Notes: generated by a model not told the origin, from the letters alone. A stretch of DNA of 32,000 nt from Methanobrevibacter sp. (GCF_045120835.1 NZ_JBGVFE010000064.1:9131-41130); one strand, 5' to 3'. Positions 18,422 through 28,052 are shown, counted from the first letter of the stretch. Numbers and translations are program-made.

Positions 18422-19708
18422 ATGGCGTATGAAATTAAAAACAAAAAAAATATATCAACAATTGGTGTACATGCGGGTCAGGAAGAGGTAGATGAAACCG
18501 GTTCAAGGGTAACACCGATTTACCAGACAACTTCTTATGTATTCAACAATCCGGAACAGGCTGCAAACAGATTTGCACTTAAAGAGGGAGGAAACATTTA
18601 CACAAGATTAACAAACCCAACAACAGATGCATTTGAAAAGAGAATGGCTGCAATCGAAGGAGGTTCTGCGGCTTATGCTACCGCTTCAGGAATGTCAGCA
18701 ATATTTTATGCAATAATCAACCTGACTCAGGTCGGAGACAATATCGTATCTGCGGATAATCTGTATGGTGGAACCTATGAGCTTTTTGAAAATACTCTCG
18801 AAGAGTTGGGTCGAAGCGTTAGATTTGTAGACTCACAGTCTCCCGAAGAGTTTGAAGCGGCAATTGATGATAGGACAAAAGCGATTTATGTTGAATCAAT
18901 CGGAAATCCAAAATTGGATATTCCTGACTTTGATAAGATATCTGAAATTGCACATTCTCATGGCATCCCGTTGATTGCTGACAATACTGTAGGTATAGGT
19001 TCAGTTCGTCCGTTTGACCATGGTGCGGATATCATTTCATCATCTGCAACCAAATACATTGGAGGTCATGGAACCACTTTAGGTGGAATAATCATTGAAA
19101 AAGGTGACTTTGACTGGATGAACGGAAAATTCCCGACATTGTCAGAGCCTGATGAGACATATAATGGTCTGGTATTCGGTGAAACCTTTAGGGGTGTTGC
19201 ATTTACAACAAGAATAAGGGCAGTTGTCGGAAGGGATACCGGTGCAGTGCCGTCTCCATTCGGATCATTTTTGCTGTTGCAGGGCCTTGAAACATTAGGC
19301 TTAAGAATTGAAAGGCATGCAGAAAATGCTATGGCAGTTGCAAAACACCTTGAAGCTCATCCAAAAGTGGCTTGGGTAACCTATTCCGGTTTGGAGTCTT
19401 CACCAAATCATGAAGTGGCAAAAAAATATGCTGAAAAGGGTTATGGTGGAATCGTTTCATTTGGACTTAAGGCAGGTTATGACGGCGCCTTGAAATTCAT
19501 TGAAAATGTAGAATTGTTGTCTCTGCTTGCAAACATTGGAGATGCAAAATCTCTTGTAATACATCCGGCATCAACCACTCATTCTCAATTGTCTAAAGAG
19601 CAGCAGTTGTCTACTGGTGTGACTCCTGATTTGATTAGATTTTCAGTTGGTATTGAAGATATTGAAGATATTTTGGCTGATGTGGACCAGGCTTTAGATA
19701 AAATTTAA
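18422..19708 (+). CDS. metY: O-acetylhomoserine/O-acetylserine sulfhydrylase (Cys/Met-metabolism PLP enzyme)
   Basis: The PLP-Lys motif is SSATKYIGGHGT. Motifs NPTTDAFEKRMAAIEGG and IRFSVGIED are also present. I prefer the ATG at 18422 over the GTG at 18413. Confidence 0.9.
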   Translation: MAYEIKNKKNISTIGVHAGQEEVDETGSRVTPIYQTTSYVFNNPEQAANRFALKEGGNIYTRLTNPTTDAFEKRMAAIEGGSAAYATASGMSAIFYAIINLTQVGDNIVSADNLYGGTYELFENTLEELGRSVRFVDSQSPEEFEAAIDDRTKAIYVESIGNPKLDIPDFDKISEIAHSHGIPLIADNTVGIGSVRPFDHGADIISSSATKYIGGHGTTLGGIIIEKGDFDWMNGKFPTLSEPDETYNGLVFGETFRGVAFTTRIRAVVGRDTGAVPSPFGSFLLLQGLETLGLRIERHAENAMAVAKHLEAHPKVAWVTYSGLESSPNHEVAKKYAEKGYGGIVSFGLKAGYDGALKFIENVELLSLLANIGDAKSLVIHPASTTHSQLSKEQQLSTGVTPDLIRFSVGIEDIEDILADVDQALDKI

Positions 19709-19784
19709 TTATTTTGTCTAATCCCTTTTCAATAAGAAAAGATATTTTAACCTTCAAAACAAATATAACAATATTGGTGATAGA

Positions 19785-20270
19785 ATGGATTTTGATGAAA
19801 GGCGTATAGATTTGGTTAAAACTTCTATTCAAAATGTAAATTCCGGTCAAAAAATCATTTCAAAGGTATTGGATAACAAGGTACATGTTCACTGGCCAAA
19901 GGAAGATGAATATTTGGGAAATGAATCCATTTTGGATCATTTGACCTGTGATGATGCTAATTGGGCTTATGATGAAGGCGGACAAATTGTTGTAGAGCGT
20001 GAAATACCTGGAGATGGGCAAATTTCTAACAAATCCAGTGATGATGTGAAAAAAGAGGAAGTTACTGTTGTCAAGCTCAAGGTGCATACCAGAAAGGATG
20101 AGGCATCATTGGTTGATTTGGCTTTAAATCATCCGGAACCTCATGTGAGAATTGCAGCTATTAAAAAAATTGAAAACAGCAATGTTCTAACCAATATAAT
20201 TGTCAATGATGAAGATAAAACTGTTAAACAGGCCGGTTTGGATAGATTAAGTGAACTGTTCGTTGAATAG
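19785..20270 (+). CDS. Hypothetical protein with C-terminal HEAT/PBS-lyase-like repeat
   Basis: The ORF follows GGTGAT. The C-terminal segment reads LALNHPEPHVRIAAIKKI...DKTVKQAGLDRL. I recognise no catalytic motif. Confidence 0.6.
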   Translation: MDFDERRIDLVKTSIQNVNSGQKIISKVLDNKVHVHWPKEDEYLGNESILDHLTCDDANWAYDEGGQIVVEREIPGDGQISNKSSDDVKKEEVTVVKLKVHTRKDEASLVDLALNHPEPHVRIAAIKKIENSNVLTNIIVNDEDKTVKQAGLDRLSELFVE

Positions 20271-20314
20271 GTCTTAACTCATTGATTTTTCGTGAAGCTT
20301 ATCAAGTTTCAAAC

Positions 20315-20354
20315 TTTTTTTAAAAATAGAGGAATAAGAGTTTCAACTCTTATT
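20315..20354. terminator. Bidirectional terminator between convergent genes
   Basis: T7 then A5 (20315-20327) is followed by a perfect 9-bp hairpin AATAAGAGT/ACTCTTATT (20333-20354, 4-nt loop). The hairpin overlaps the stop of the minus-strand gene. Confidence 0.45.
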
Positions 20355-20922
20355 CGTTTTCAGATTCAGAAAATGTTTCCTGTTTAAGGGCATGCCTTTT
20401 TGTGGAAAGTATTTCCATGCAGGCAAATGCGAATCCGGTCACTACAAAGGTTAAATGAAGAATCACTCTCCAAAATTCAGTGGTAGGATCAATTGACGGA
20501 GCATTTAAAAAGTCCTGCAACAATTCAATTAGGGAAATTGCCACAACAGAACCGATGATTTTAAGTTTGAGTCCTGAAAAGTCTAAATGACCCATCCATG
20601 ATGGTCTGTCAACATGTTCTTCGGCAACGCCAATTTTTGATATGAAATTTTCATAACCTGAAAAAGCAACGATTAAAACCAAATTGGCAACCAGTGTCAA
20701 GTCCAATAGTTCCAAAACACGCATTATCCATTCATTATAGGTCAATGTTTGCATAACAGAAACAAAATCTGCCACTTCGAATACAAATCTGATTAAAATC
20801 AGTATCAGAACAAAAATTAGTAGGAAGTACATTGGGGATAATAACCAACGGCTTACAAAAAGGATTTTCTCATTATAATTTTCGATTTTATCCAATATGT
20901 CATTAAGTGAAATTTTTCTCAC
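20350..20922 (-). CDS. UPF0114 / YqhA-family membrane protein
   Basis: Carries the family signature ILFVSRWLLSPMYFLLIFVL near the N-terminus and 3-4 hydrophobic helices. The product is 190 aa. Confidence 0.75.
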   Translation of the reverse strand: MRKISLNDILDKIENYNEKILFVSRWLLSPMYFLLIFVLILILIRFVFEVADFVSVMQTLTYNEWIMRVLELLDLTLVANLVLIVAFSGYENFISKIGVAEEHVDRPSWMGHLDFSGLKLKIIGSVVAISLIELLQDFLNAPSIDPTTEFWRVILHLTFVVTGFAFACMEILSTKRHALKQETFSESENE

Positions 20923-21110
20923 CTCATTAATTTAATTTTATAGATTTGATTGTTAAAATAATTTTTTAATTTTTTATGTGATAATGCATTGATTTTAAGT
21001 TTGAGTAAAGTTTTTTCTTTAGACAAGTTAAATATTATCAAAGTATAAACATATCATTAAAGTCAGTTTGCGAATTGAACGAAAGATTAGTTAAATTAGC
21101 TGAAATAAAT

Positions 21111-21144
21111 TATTTATATTTGTTAATTCATATAGTTAATTAAC
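21111..21144 (+). promoter_or_regulatory. TATA-like box (TTTATATT, 21113-21120) followed by GTTAATT repeats and a 10-bp palindrome GTTAATTAAC (21135-21144)
   Basis: The element lies 10-45 nt upstream of the wHTH-FHA start. The GTTAA(A)TT core occurs at 21090, 21122 and 21135. Its position over the expected TSS fits an archaeal repressor operator, but the sequence background is AT-rich. Confidence 0.25.
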
Positions 21145-21154
21145 GGGGTTTATC

Positions 21155-21949
21155 ATGAATGATTTAAAAACAGTGATTTTAGATGCCTATGATTCAGATA
21201 TGTTATCTATTAAATTGGCTGCGATAAACAATAAAGTCAGATTTTCGATATTGGAAATTTTAAGAGATTTTGAAAAGATAAATAAGGCCGAGGATGGTTC
21301 ATTTAAAAAGGAACCATTATATTCTCGTGAAATCAATTTAATACTTTTAAATAACTACAATATAAATATCACTACTCAAATGTTGGGTCAACACTTCAAA
21401 CAGCTTGTTGAAGCGGATCTGGTTGAAGAGGTTGTTGTAAAAAAAGAGGTGCCCAATAAAATCGGTCGCAGAAGTGTTAAGGCATATGTATTAAAGGAAT
21501 GTGCCTTTGAAAGTCTGTTTTTGGATGTCAGTTTCCTGTCTGATGAGCTCCTTACGTTTTTTGATTTATACAAATCAAATCAAAGATTTTCTGATGGTGA
21601 GCATTGTGTTTTAACTATTTTCAACGGCGTTGACAAAGGTAAAACATTTAAGGTTCACAAACAGGAAAAGGTTTTAATTGGAAGAAAAGCTAATTTCAAT
21701 GCTAATGACTTGTCTTCATCTACTATACTTTTAGACAATAGCTATTCAACGGTTTCAAATGTTTCCAAACCCCATTTGAAATTATTCTTTAAGGATGATG
21801 GATGGTATATTTTGGATAGCGGAAGCACTAATGGAACATACATTGGAGATATAAAGGTTCCAACTGGAGTCGAAACAAAACTTAAGGCAAATTCATTCTT
21901 AAAATTATCTAAAGGTAATGGTGGAGCGGTTATTTATTGTTCATTTTAA
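21155..21949 (+). CDS. Winged-helix (ArsR-like) DNA-binding domain fused to a C-terminal FHA (phospho-Thr-binding) domain
   Basis: The wHTH segment reads NNKVRFSILEILRD...QMLGQHFKQLVEADLV...GRRSVKAYVL. The FHA signature residues are IGR, S-x-x-H (VSKPHLKL) and DSGSTNGTYIGD (about 21602-21946). Confidence 0.8.
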   Translation: MNDLKTVILDAYDSDMLSIKLAAINNKVRFSILEILRDFEKINKAEDGSFKKEPLYSREINLILLNNYNINITTQMLGQHFKQLVEADLVEEVVVKKEVPNKIGRRSVKAYVLKECAFESLFLDVSFLSDELLTFFDLYKSNQRFSDGEHCVLTIFNGVDKGKTFKVHKQEKVLIGRKANFNANDLSSSTILLDNSYSTVSNVSKPHLKLFFKDDGWYILDSGSTNGTYIGDIKVPTGVETKLKANSFLKLSKGNGGAVIYCSF

Positions 21950-21980
21950 TTAGATTTTTTCAAATCTAATTGGTGGTTTC

Positions 21981-24900
21981 GTGGACTTTGATGATGCAAA
22001 ATACTTAATTGAAGAATTTTTCAATGGTAAGTTCGAAGTTAAAAAATTTCTTGGAGAAGGGTCATTTGCAAAGGTGTATTTGGTAAACCATAACTACTTA
22101 GATATCTTAATGGCCATGAAAATCATCAAAGAGCCCTTAAGTGCCGCCACCAACAAAAAAGATATTTTTCGAGAAGTTACTCTAGCTTGTCAATTGAGGC
22201 ATGAGAACATAATCAGCATTTATGATGCTGCAGAGATATCCGATTTTGAAGATGGGAAAAGTCATGCTTATTTTGTAATGGAATATGTTTCTGGAGGGGA
22301 TTTGGAGAGATATTTAAATTCATTCAGCGAGAACAACATATTCATGCCAATAGAACGGTGTTTGGATATAATCAGACAAATTTTAAGTGGTCTGAATACT
22401 TTGCATTCTGCAAATCCTCCTATTGTTCATCGGGATTTGAAACCGCATAATGTTTTGGTTAGTTTTAATGATTTTGGGAATATAATTATTAAGATTTCAG
22501 ATTTTGGATTTGCAAAGGAGATTACAACCAAAGTTTCCGACATTGATATTGCAGGTACAAGACCTTATATGGCTCCGGAACTATTTGAAAAGTCGGTGTC
22601 AACGAGAAGTGACATATATGCTGTTGGAGTCATTTTCTATCAGTTGTTGACAAATCATTTCCCCTATGATGTTGAAGGATATTCCAATTCCGAGTTAATG
22701 GATTTAAAACCATGGAGCAAAGAGCTAAAGGCTCCAAGCCACTATAATGGCCAGGTATTTGACGAGTTGGATAAAATTGTGTTGAAGTGCCTTGATGCCA
22801 ATCCATCTAACAGATACGGGGATGCAGATGACCTTTTGAGGGATGTTCAAAAAGCGATGGATAAATATAAATCTAAACGGATCGTATCTGAAATCAGCCT
22901 CGACAATGACTATCATGATGATTATCATGAATATATTGTCAATGATTCAATAAAAAAAGCTTTTCAACTCGCTAAATGTGAGAATAGGCTTGGTGAAGCT
23001 ATTGAAATATTGGAAAATGAGGTATTGGCTGATTATGACATTCGAAAGTGCTATTCCGAAACTCTTAGAATATGGAAATCCAAAAGGCCCGATTTGAAAT
23101 TAATTTCTAAGGCATTCACTATCAATCTTAAGGGAAATAATTATGACCTGTCATGCAGCTTACTAAAAGAGGCAATTGCTTACAATCCTTCCATTGGAAA
23201 TAAATATCGTCATTATTTAGATTTGTGGGAAATTTTCATTGATTTGCAAAAGCATGGAAGTTTATTTAAGGCAGTCGTTTTGCTTGAAAACTTAATGGAT
23301 TCAAGCAGTGAAATAAAACAGATTTATAAAGATATAATTCCAGTACTTAAAACATATTCGGTTGAAGACATTGTCCCGGAGGCAATTCGTCTGGTCAATT
23401 CAAACAATTTGTCTGCCGGAGCAAATCTGATGGAATTTGCGGTTGTTCTTAATTCCCAAATCAGGGACAGATATGCATACGGAATGTCATTGTGGAAGCA
23501 GAATATGAAGATGCATTTCAGGGCTTCAAATGAAATCAAGGAAAATACTATTGATTATGCAATCGATTTAGGAACAACGGATTCATTAATATCTTATTTT
23601 AATAAGGGAAAACCCATAATTATTAAAAATCATGTTACTGGAGATCTGTTTACTCCTTCTGCTGTTTTAATAGAGGGAGATGATGTGGAAGTGGGTGCAA
23701 ATGCAAAAGAGGCCATCTTGGAAAACAATCCCAATGCGGTATGTGAATTTAAACATGAAATGGGATTTTCCATTCCATTCAATTTTGAAAAATCATCAAG
23801 GGTAATGTTTCCCGAAGACCTTTCGGCAGAGGTTTTAAAAGATTTGAGAGTTTCGGTTCATGATGAGATGGGAATAAATATTGAACATGCTGTAATCTGT
23901 GTTCCTGCAAATTCAAATCCTATTAAAACAAGGGCGGTTAATGAGGCAGCTAAACTTGCAGGATTCAAATCACATGGGCTTATTTTAGAGCCTATTGCAG
24001 TTTCTCTTGCATATGATCTTAAAAAGAAAAATGGAATATGGATGATTTATGATTTGGGTGGGGGAACATTCAATGTTACTTTAATCCGGGAAAATGATGG
24101 CGAAATCGAAAAGGTTGCAACCGATGGGCTGGAAAATCTGGGAGGAAATGCGTTTGACTGGAGGATTGTAAACGACTTATTTTCGCCCAAAATTGCTCAT
24201 GATTTAAGTTTGGATGATTTAAGAAGGGACAATACAAAATACCTGAAAATATTCGCTCGACTAAAGAATGCTGCCGAAATTGCCAAAAAAGATTTGACAA
24301 ATCATGATGAAGCGAAGATAGAAATTGGGGATATTTTTGAAGGATATGATTTCAGATACACTTTAACCAGAGAGGAATTTGCACACATCATTGAACCGCT
24401 GATTAAATGCACTTTCAAGTTATCAAGAAATCTTCTCGATAAAAACATGCTGTCTGAAGGTGATATTGACAGGATCATTCTTGTTGGAGGCTCATCACTA
24501 AGTCCAGTTGTCCAGGACATGATTTTGAAAGAATTTGATATTGAAATTGAATCCAGCATAAATCCATTAACAGTCGTATCAAAAGGTGCGGCCATTTATG
24601 CGGGAAGCCTTGAAAAACCTCCAGTGGAAGTCCGAAGAAAACCTCTGTCCGTACTTATAAATAATGAAAATGGTGAAATTAAAGGCAGGGTATTTTCACA
24701 AGATTTATCATATTCCTTTTTGGGTTATTCCATAGAATTTATAAACCGTGAATCCTCATTAAAATTTCCTTTAAAAATTGATGGTTCATTCAAATTTAAA
24801 TCTGGTAAAAATGATTATGAAATAAATGTTTACAATGAAGATGAAATGGTCAAACTTGATGAAAAATCACCTCATGTATTAAAGGGGCAGAATATTTTCA

Positions 24901-25493
24901 TACCTTACTTCAATGAGTATTTTTCCCTGAAAGATGAATTAATTTTCAATGATTTGATTAGCCGCTACAATAATGCTCTTAAGGATATTGAATATCTGTG
25001 CGAATTCTTGAAATTTAATGAAACTGAACTTCAGCGGTATATTGAAAGTTTACTTGAAATAGCTAGAAGAGACAGTATCGCTTTAAATCATGCTGATATT
25101 TATATTGGCCATTTAGAAAGTACTGTAAACGATGCAAAAAGGAATTTGAGATTTTCGATTCTCATGGAAAATGTTTTAAATAAAATAGAACTCATTGAAG
25201 ATGAGGCACTGTTTGAAATCGGAAGCGTTGCAGAAATTGAAGAAAGCAAAAATTTGGAGGAATTGGAAGGATTTTACCGGGATATTGTTGAAAAATATGT
25301 CTTGTTAAATAAAAATGAGGTTATAATTGAATGCTTTTACAACTTAAAGTATGGGGGCATATTTACTAATAATAAAAAACATTTTGAGGAGTTGGTGGAT
25401 AAAGCGCATGATGCCATAAGCAATCATGATTACAGGAGTCTATTTAATATTGTAAATTTATTATATGAGCTGGACGAACGCACGGATAAATAA
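21981..25493 (+). CDS. Fusion protein: Hanks-type Ser/Thr protein kinase (N-terminal), helical linker, Hsp70/DnaK-like ATPase with a divergent substrate-binding-like C-terminus
   Basis: A GTG start lies 4 nt after GGTGG. No in-frame ATG occurs before the kinase Lys. Kinase motifs (about 22029-22850) are GEGSFAKVY, AMKII, HRDLKPHNVL, DFGFAKE and YMAPE. Hsp70 NBD motifs (about 23547-24608) are IDLGTTDS, ILEPIAVSLAY, YDLGGGTFNVTLI, ILVGGSSLSPVV and NPLTVVSKGAAIYA. Confidence 0.88.
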   Translation: MDFDDAKYLIEEFFNGKFEVKKFLGEGSFAKVYLVNHNYLDILMAMKIIKEPLSAATNKKDIFREVTLACQLRHENIISIYDAAEISDFEDGKSHAYFVMEYVSGGDLERYLNSFSENNIFMPIERCLDIIRQILSGLNTLHSANPPIVHRDLKPHNVLVSFNDFGNIIIKISDFGFAKEITTKVSDIDIAGTRPYMAPELFEKSVSTRSDIYAVGVIFYQLLTNHFPYDVEGYSNSELMDLKPWSKELKAPSHYNGQVFDELDKIVLKCLDANPSNRYGDADDLLRDVQKAMDKYKSKRIVSEISLDNDYHDDYHEYIVNDSIKKAFQLAKCENRLGEAIEILENEVLADYDIRKCYSETLRIWKSKRPDLKLISKAFTINLKGNNYDLSCSLLKEAIAYNPSIGNKYRHYLDLWEIFIDLQKHGSLFKAVVLLENLMDSSSEIKQIYKDIIPVLKTYSVEDIVPEAIRLVNSNNLSAGANLMEFAVVLNSQIRDRYAYGMSLWKQNMKMHFRASNEIKENTIDYAIDLGTTDSLISYFNKGKPIIIKNHVTGDLFTPSAVLIEGDDVEVGANAKEAILENNPNAVCEFKHEMGFSIPFNFEKSSRVMFPEDLSAEVLKDLRVSVHDEMGINIEHAVICVPANSNPIKTRAVNEAAKLAGFKSHGLILEPIAVSLAYDLKKKNGIWMIYDLGGGTFNVTLIRENDGEIEKVATDGLENLGGNAFDWRIVNDLFSPKIAHDLSLDDLRRDNTKYLKIFARLKNAAEIAKKDLTNHDEAKIEIGDIFEGYDFRYTLTREEFAHIIEPLIKCTFKLSRNLLDKNMLSEGDIDRIILVGGSSLSPVVQDMILKEFDIEIESSINPLTVVSKGAAIYAGSLEKPPVEVRRKPLSVLINNENGEIKGRVFSQDLSYSFLGYSIEFINRESSLKFPLKIDGSFKFKSGKNDYEINVYNEDEMVKLDEKSPHVLKGQNIFIPYFNEYFSLKDELIFNDLISRYNNALKDIEYLCEFLKFNETELQRYIESLLEIARRDSIALNHADIYIGHLESTVNDAKRNLRFSILMENVLNKIELIEDEALFEIGSVAEIEESKNLEELEGFYRDIVEKYVLLNKNEVIIECFYNLKYGGIFTNNKKHFEELVDKAHDAISNHDYRSLFNIVNLLYELDERTDK

Positions 25494-25551
25494 AAATCTT
25501 TGTTCTGTTTAAATCGGACATTATTATAAACTAACTAATGGTGGTTATCTC

Positions 25552-25683
25552 ATGAAAAAGCAAAATTCAGTAAATGGGACAGTAATACTGAAAAAAGATT
25601 CTTCAGATGGTTTTTTGGATTTTAACTATCCTGGAGAGCTTTCTGAAGTGTTGAGAATACTAAATAAAATAATGAATGAATAG
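25552..25683 (+). CDS. Candidate 43-aa micro-protein (not in the supplied ORF track)
   Basis: An ATG lies 7 nt after GGTGG. Translation gives MKKQNSVNGTVILKKDSSDGFLDFNYPGELSEVLRILNKIMNE. It is on the same strand, between the kinase-Hsp70 and HD-RyR genes. I recognise no homology. Confidence 0.35.
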   Translation: MKKQNSVNGTVILKKDSSDGFLDFNYPGELSEVLRILNKIMNE

Positions 25684-25796
25684 GTGTAATTCTATGGAGG
25701 ATTTAATTGTTGGTGTAAAACTTCCTGTGAAGTAAGCAAACTAATTGGAAATAATTTTATATTTTAAATAGTATACAATTTATTAAAGGTGTTCTT

Positions 25797-28052
25797 ATGG
25801 GTGACAGTAATTTAAAGAAATATATTGATGATTTTTTTGATAATTTGGAGTTATATGATGATAAACACAATGGTCATTATTATAAAGGGCTTTTAAAAGC
25901 AGGAATTGATGTATTTTTAGAAACTGAAAATACATATAATGCATATGAAATCTATCAGACATTTTTCATGATTTATCAAATCACTGCGGAAAATAAATCC
26001 GATAAGGTAACCGAAAACAGTGCAGTTAACGAGCCGAACACATTATTGGACCTGGTTAAGATAATGAAAAAATATGAGGAAAATACTGGGGACTTAATTG
26101 AAAAGCAAAGGGATCACTTCATTCATTCAGTTAATGTATTTCTGTTAGGTTTGGCGATTTACTCTCAAAATAAAAGTTACCGTGATGCATTTGAGACATA
26201 TATACTCAATACTCCTTATAAAAAATATTACAGAATCAATAAAAAATTGTCTCACGAAGAGTTCTTGTACCGCTGGGGTGTGGCGTCACTCTTCCATGAT
26301 ATAGGATATCCCGTTGAAATTATCGGAAAGCAACTTAACAAATTCATAAATGATGGGGTAAAGTCCATTTCAAGTTCATACAGTGCAGATACTGCAATAG
26401 ACTTTAAGGATTTCAATGAATTCAATACCATTATGAAGATAGAGCCCGATTTTGCAGATAATTATACTGCACAATATCCTAAGGCAAAATTCCTGAATTT
26501 ATTTAAACCTACAGACATTATGGCCCATAAGATAGCTACGGATTTTTCAGGCGTTGACGTCAACATGGTGGTAAAGCATTTGGATGATTTTGTAAACATC
26601 ATGGGAGACAACGGATTTATCGACCATGGATTTTTCTCAGCGATACTCGTTTTGAATTCCTATGGTTATTTAATTCAAAAATATGCCAAAAACCATGATT
26701 TCTTCTTTTATCCTATTGTCGACAGTGCCACAGCAATCTTATTGCATAACTACTACAGAAATGTATTGCAAAAAGCACCTTTCAACTTAAAAGCGCTTCA
26801 TCCATTACAAAGTCCCCTTGCATACTTGCTCATATTATGTGACGAACTTCAGGAATGGAACAGACAGCCTTTCGGCATTAAGGACAAAAAAAGAAGCCAC
26901 GTAAATGACTTGAAGCTTGTGGTCGATGATTCCAAACTTGAAGTTGACTACATTGTCAAAAGCGGTTCGATGGGTCTTGGATTTTCCGAAGATAAACAGG
27001 AACTGCTTAAAAATGTTTTGTCAATTCCAAGTATTTTCGAAAGGAATTTCCTGATTTATACTGATGTAAAGCAGGACAGCAACATCATGAGAGAAATCGT
27101 TAAATCAGAAATCCAGTCCCCTAACACCTTGCTTAGAAATGTTGAAAAGTTGGCGCTTCAGATTCACGAGCAGTATATTGAAACCACTAAAGTTCAATTT
27201 GAGGCAAAAAAAGCCAAAGGCGAGGTTGATGAGGATGCCATAAGGGATTTCGAAGAGAAGACCAAACCGTTTAATGAGTTGTCTTCACATCTCAAGCTAG
27301 CAAATATCCGTCAGGCAAGGTCAATTCCTAAAAAGCTAAACATGATTGGCTGTGAGCTTGCAAGCAAATCAGATAAACGTGAGGCAATAACCGAATTTTC
27401 CCAAGAGGAAGTAATTGACTTGGCTATTTTCGAACATGATGAATGGTGTGAGGAAAAAATAGGTCAGGGTTGGACCTATGGGGAAGTGAGAGATGATTCC
27501 CAATTGATACATGACTGTCTGGTGCCTTGGGATGATTTGACACCTGAAATCCAGCAGTATGATATCGATCCTGTTAAAAACATCCCGGGTCTTGTTGAGT
27601 CTATAGGACTGAAAATCGTCAGAAGTAAAATCAGAATGCTTACCGTTGAGATGCATAAGTTCTACCAATCAAAAGAGGAAGGAACCAAGGACTTTGATGA
27701 TTTGCCTGAGTATATTAAATATTCAAACTACAAGCAGGCGGATTTCTTGGTTAAAATATTGGCCGAACTTGGATATGATGTGGTTGACGTTCAGTCACCC
27801 GGTGAGGCAATTGAATATTTCGATGAGGATTCCCTTGAATATCTGGCCAAAAGAGAACATAATGCATGGTATAAGCTTAAAGTCAATTTAGGTTGGAAAT
27901 TTGGTTCTGTTCGTGATGATGCCAAAAAATTAAATCCTAATGTCGTTGAATGGGAAGAACTGGACATAACAAAAAGGGATTCTAACAAAAGAACATTTAG
28001 AAATCTTCCGCAAATGTGCAACAATGTCGATTTAAAAATTGTCAAGAGCTAA
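25797..28052 (+). CDS. HD-domain (metal-dependent phosphohydrolase superfamily) protein with C-terminal RyR-like repeats, paralogue 1
   Basis: The HD motif set (about 26094-26876) is QRDHFIHSVNV, LFHDIGYP, IDHGFFSA, LLHNYY and LILCDELQEW. RyR-like repeats read LAIFEHDEWCEEKIGQGWTYGEVRDD..LVPWDDL (about 27399-27620) and LAKREHNAWYKLKVNLGWKFGSVRDD..VVEWEEL (about 27822-28043). Each is preceded by an LP..K.SN..QA....KL...G half-repeat. Confidence 0.8.
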   Translation: MGDSNLKKYIDDFFDNLELYDDKHNGHYYKGLLKAGIDVFLETENTYNAYEIYQTFFMIYQITAENKSDKVTENSAVNEPNTLLDLVKIMKKYEENTGDLIEKQRDHFIHSVNVFLLGLAIYSQNKSYRDAFETYILNTPYKKYYRINKKLSHEEFLYRWGVASLFHDIGYPVEIIGKQLNKFINDGVKSISSSYSADTAIDFKDFNEFNTIMKIEPDFADNYTAQYPKAKFLNLFKPTDIMAHKIATDFSGVDVNMVVKHLDDFVNIMGDNGFIDHGFFSAILVLNSYGYLIQKYAKNHDFFFYPIVDSATAILLHNYYRNVLQKAPFNLKALHPLQSPLAYLLILCDELQEWNRQPFGIKDKKRSHVNDLKLVVDDSKLEVDYIVKSGSMGLGFSEDKQELLKNVLSIPSIFERNFLIYTDVKQDSNIMREIVKSEIQSPNTLLRNVEKLALQIHEQYIETTKVQFEAKKAKGEVDEDAIRDFEEKTKPFNELSSHLKLANIRQARSIPKKLNMIGCELASKSDKREAITEFSQEEVIDLAIFEHDEWCEEKIGQGWTYGEVRDDSQLIHDCLVPWDDLTPEIQQYDIDPVKNIPGLVESIGLKIVRSKIRMLTVEMHKFYQSKEEGTKDFDDLPEYIKYSNYKQADFLVKILAELGYDVVDVQSPGEAIEYFDEDSLEYLAKREHNAWYKLKVNLGWKFGSVRDDAKKLNPNVVEWEELDITKRDSNKRTFRNLPQMCNNVDLKIVKS

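Noticed and set aside
18410-18424. An identical 15-mer TAAGTGATTATTATG occurs at the starts of metY (18410-18424) and the TPR gene (30888-30902).
   Set aside because: The shared string is just a GTGAT SD-like element plus spacer plus ATG. The flanks are unrelated, so there is no evidence of a mobile element or duplication.
25694-25735. A 13-codon ORF (MEDLIVGVKLPVK) upstream of HD-RyR paralogue 1.
   Set aside because: It is too short to evaluate, the SD is weak, and it overlaps the likely promoter region. There is no support beyond an ATG and a stop.
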